Assembly: GCA_010909165.1 (NCBI GenBank)
Contig: MU008156.1
Coordinates: 1-64,000, forward strand
DNA: 64,000 bases
Source: Anthoceros angustus
Taxonomy: Eukaryota; Plantae; Anthocerotophyta
Reading direction: 5' to 3'
The notes below the pieces were generated by a model. The model was not told the DNA's origin. It did no database searches and saw only the letters and a list, made by a program, of their open reading frames with translations. The position numbers and the translations under genes were made by a program. This document shows positions 61,690 to 64,000 of this stretch, piece by piece (the stretch's first letter is position 1; every line of letters begins with the position of its first letter).

Positions 61690-63180
61690 AGGCAAACACC
61701 GAGGCCAAGATGGTACCGGGATAGTCTGCCGTCTTGGGCCTTGAGCCTTCCTATACTCCCATACCCTAACCTAACCCGCCTATGTATGTATCCTAACCAC
61801 TATGTATGTACCTAACCACAGGTCGTGTAGTACGGACGTAGCTCATCACTGCGGACTTCTTGCCTGCGCTTCCACCGCCAAACAAGAGATCCATGCCAGC
61901 GTGCCCACCAAACTAAACCACCGACCACTCGGTCGGACTTGGCAGACGGACCACTCGTCGGACCTCGCCGGGCAGACCACCGTCGGACCTCGCCCGGGCC
62001 GGACCCTCGGACCTCGCCCGGGCGGACCACTCGTCGGACCTCGCCGGGCAGACCACTGCGACCTCGCCCGGACGGACCACTCCGTCGGACCTGCCCGGGC
62101 CAGACCACTCGTCGGACCTCGCCCGGACGGACCACCCGCTCCTCGAGCACGGAAGGCAAGAGCACAGGCGAAGATGGTACGGGATAGTCTGCCGTCTTGG
62201 GCGCTTGAGCCTTCCTATACTCCCATACCCTAACCTAACCCGCCTATGTATGTATCCTAACCACTATGTATGTACCTAACCACAGGTCGTGTAGTACGGA
62301 CGTAGCTCATCACTGCGGACTTCTTGCCTGCGCTTCCACCGCCAAACAAGAGATCCATGCCAGCGTGCCCACCAAACTAAACCACCGACCACTCGGTCGG
62401 ACTTGGCAGACGGACCTCGCGGACCTCAAGGCAGACCACCGTCGGACCTCGCCCGGGCCGGACCCTCGGACCTCGCCCGGGCGGACCACTCGTCGGACCT
62501 CGCCGGGCAGACCACTGCGACCTCGCCCGGACGGACCACTCCGTCGGACCTGCCCGGGCCAGACCACTCGTCGGACCTCGCCCGGACGGACCACCCGCTC
62601 CTCGAGCACGGAAGGCAAGAGCACAGGCGAAGATGGTACGGGATAGTCTGCCGTCTTGGGCGCTTGAGCCTTCCTATACTCCCATACCCTAACCTAACCC
62701 GCCTATGTATGTACCTAACCCCTTCTTATGTACCTAACCACAGGTAGTAATAGCCGGACGTAGCTCATCACTGCGGACTTCTTGCCTGCTTCACTGCAAG
62801 CAGTGCGTCCATGCGGCGTACCCACCGGCTTCAACCACGGCAGACCACTCGGTCCGGACTTAGCGGGCGACCTCGCCGGAACCTCAGGCAGACCACCGTC
62901 GGACCTCGCCCGGGCCAGACCCTCGTCGACCTCGCCCGGGCAGACCCTCCGTCGGACCTCGCCGGGCAGACCCTCGCGTCAGACCTACGGACGGACCACT
63001 CCGTCGGACCTGCCCGGAGCCAGACCACTCCGTCGGACCTCGCCCGGAGACCACTCGTCGGACCTCGCCCGGGCAGACCCTCCGTCGGACCTCGCCCGGA
63101 CGGACCACTCACGGACCTCGCCCGGACGGACCACTCAGACCTGCAGACGGACCACTCCGTCGGACCTGGCCGGACCGAGG
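61690..63180. repeat. 464-bp higher-order tandem repeat (about 3 copies) containing a ~22-bp minisatellite
   Basis: ORFs at 61802 and 62266 start identically (offset 464). Subunit tcggacctcgcccgggc(a/g)gaccac is repeated many times. Confidence 0.9.
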
Positions 63181-63303
63181 GTCTAGGGATTGCACCGTAA
63201 GTGCAATCGAAATGGCCTTATTGGCTAACTCCTCCCTATCCCTCTTAACAGTAACGACCCGAAAAAAAAGCAAAACAAGTCGCCAAGAGTACGGACATCG
63301 GAT

Positions 63304-63943
63304 TTGGCACTCCACAACATGCGTGGCTATTTACGCGCACGCCAGTACTCCCTTTTCGTGATGGATGTGCCGAGGGGCTTCAATATAGGCCCAATGGATG
63401 CAAGAATTAACGGGAGTACGATGTCATCAGTGTTCGAGAGTTTTGCGGAGAAGACAACGTCAGAGGAATTCCGCTTTATTGTGATGCATGGAGTGGAGGA
63501 CTCCCACCGCCGAGAATGTATGAGAAAGTGGTGTCGAAAAGGTGGGATGGTGTCCTTCGTTTGGGACAAGACGAACATGCCTTAGGGGTGGGGCAGAAAC
63601 ATTGGAGTACGCCATCGTGTGGTGTGTGAAGGAAGAATGTTCAAGAGACAAGGCCAACATGCTCCACAGAGTCATGAGGAGATTCAATAATGGAGATCCG
63701 TCATTACTCACGACACGGTTGTGAAGAAGCATGTATACTTATCTCACGACAAACTTGTGGTGTGCTACCCCTACCAACCGCCTTATGCGGACGTTGTGAG
63801 GCATTTTCCAAAGAAGGAGAGTGGGTGGTTGATGCATGTTAAAGTGGCACAACTATCCTGCATTATTGAGTGGTCGAAGCTGCGTTGCCATCGAAGCGGA
63901 CATGAGATCGCGGGTTATATTCCCAGCGCATTCATGGGTTTGA
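63304..63943 (+). pseudogene. Beta-class amino DNA methyltransferase (N4-cytosine/N6-adenine, N6_N4_Mtase-like), frameshifted
   Basis: Motif IV-like YSLFVMDVPRGFN (63364-63378), FVWDKTN, (A)ETLEYAIVW, YPYQ-P (63769-63780), motif I EGEWVVDAC-SGTT (63813-63854), and LSGRSCVAIEAD (63866-63901). The motif IV-then-I order is the beta arrangement. Confidence 0.75.
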
Positions 63944-64000
63944 AATGTTACCAAATGCGAGGAAGAGCTTACATTTGATCCGCATGGGCGAGGACCCTCT

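Noticed and set aside
61690-63180. CRISPR-like array
   Set aside because: Subunits are contiguous degenerate minisatellite copies with no unique spacers, in a eukaryotic context with no cas genes.
63184-63210. Helitron 3' end (hairpin plus CTAG on the minus strand)
   Set aside because: The hairpin is only 1 nt from CTAG rather than about 10 nt, and no Rep/helicase is nearby.

Overview
Repeat-rich nuclear DNA from a plant, probably a seed-free streptophyte (inference from the Toc132/120-type gene, a Copia half-tRNA PBS and Crypton/Sola-like elements). One intact host gene, an intronless Toc159-family chloroplast import receptor (2371-5484), is followed by about 58 kb of mostly frameshifted mobile DNA. 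In order: a Ty3/Gypsy element with AG...CT LTR termini and a 5-bp TSD (5904-11415); Copia gag remnants; an AT-rich spliced ORF remnant; a Gypsy-type retroelement carrying a C5 cytosine methyltransferase between protease and RT, a PHD finger after integrase, an extra 3' ORF and unusual termini (19674-28288); an intron-containing Crypton-like tyrosine recombinase; a Sola-like DDE transposase; an 18.5-kb non-autonomous LTR element with 4-6 kb LTRs; and a ParB-like domain followed by a beta-class N4-cytosine/N6-adenine DNA methyltransferase (58.5-63.9 kb). The two most notable signals are the two unrelated DNA methyltransferases in mobile-element context. Caveat: the repeats are full of indels and 0.2-1.1 kb tandem duplications while the single-copy gene is clean, so some frameshifts and duplications may be assembly errors. 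All domain calls are manual motif recognition, not database searches.
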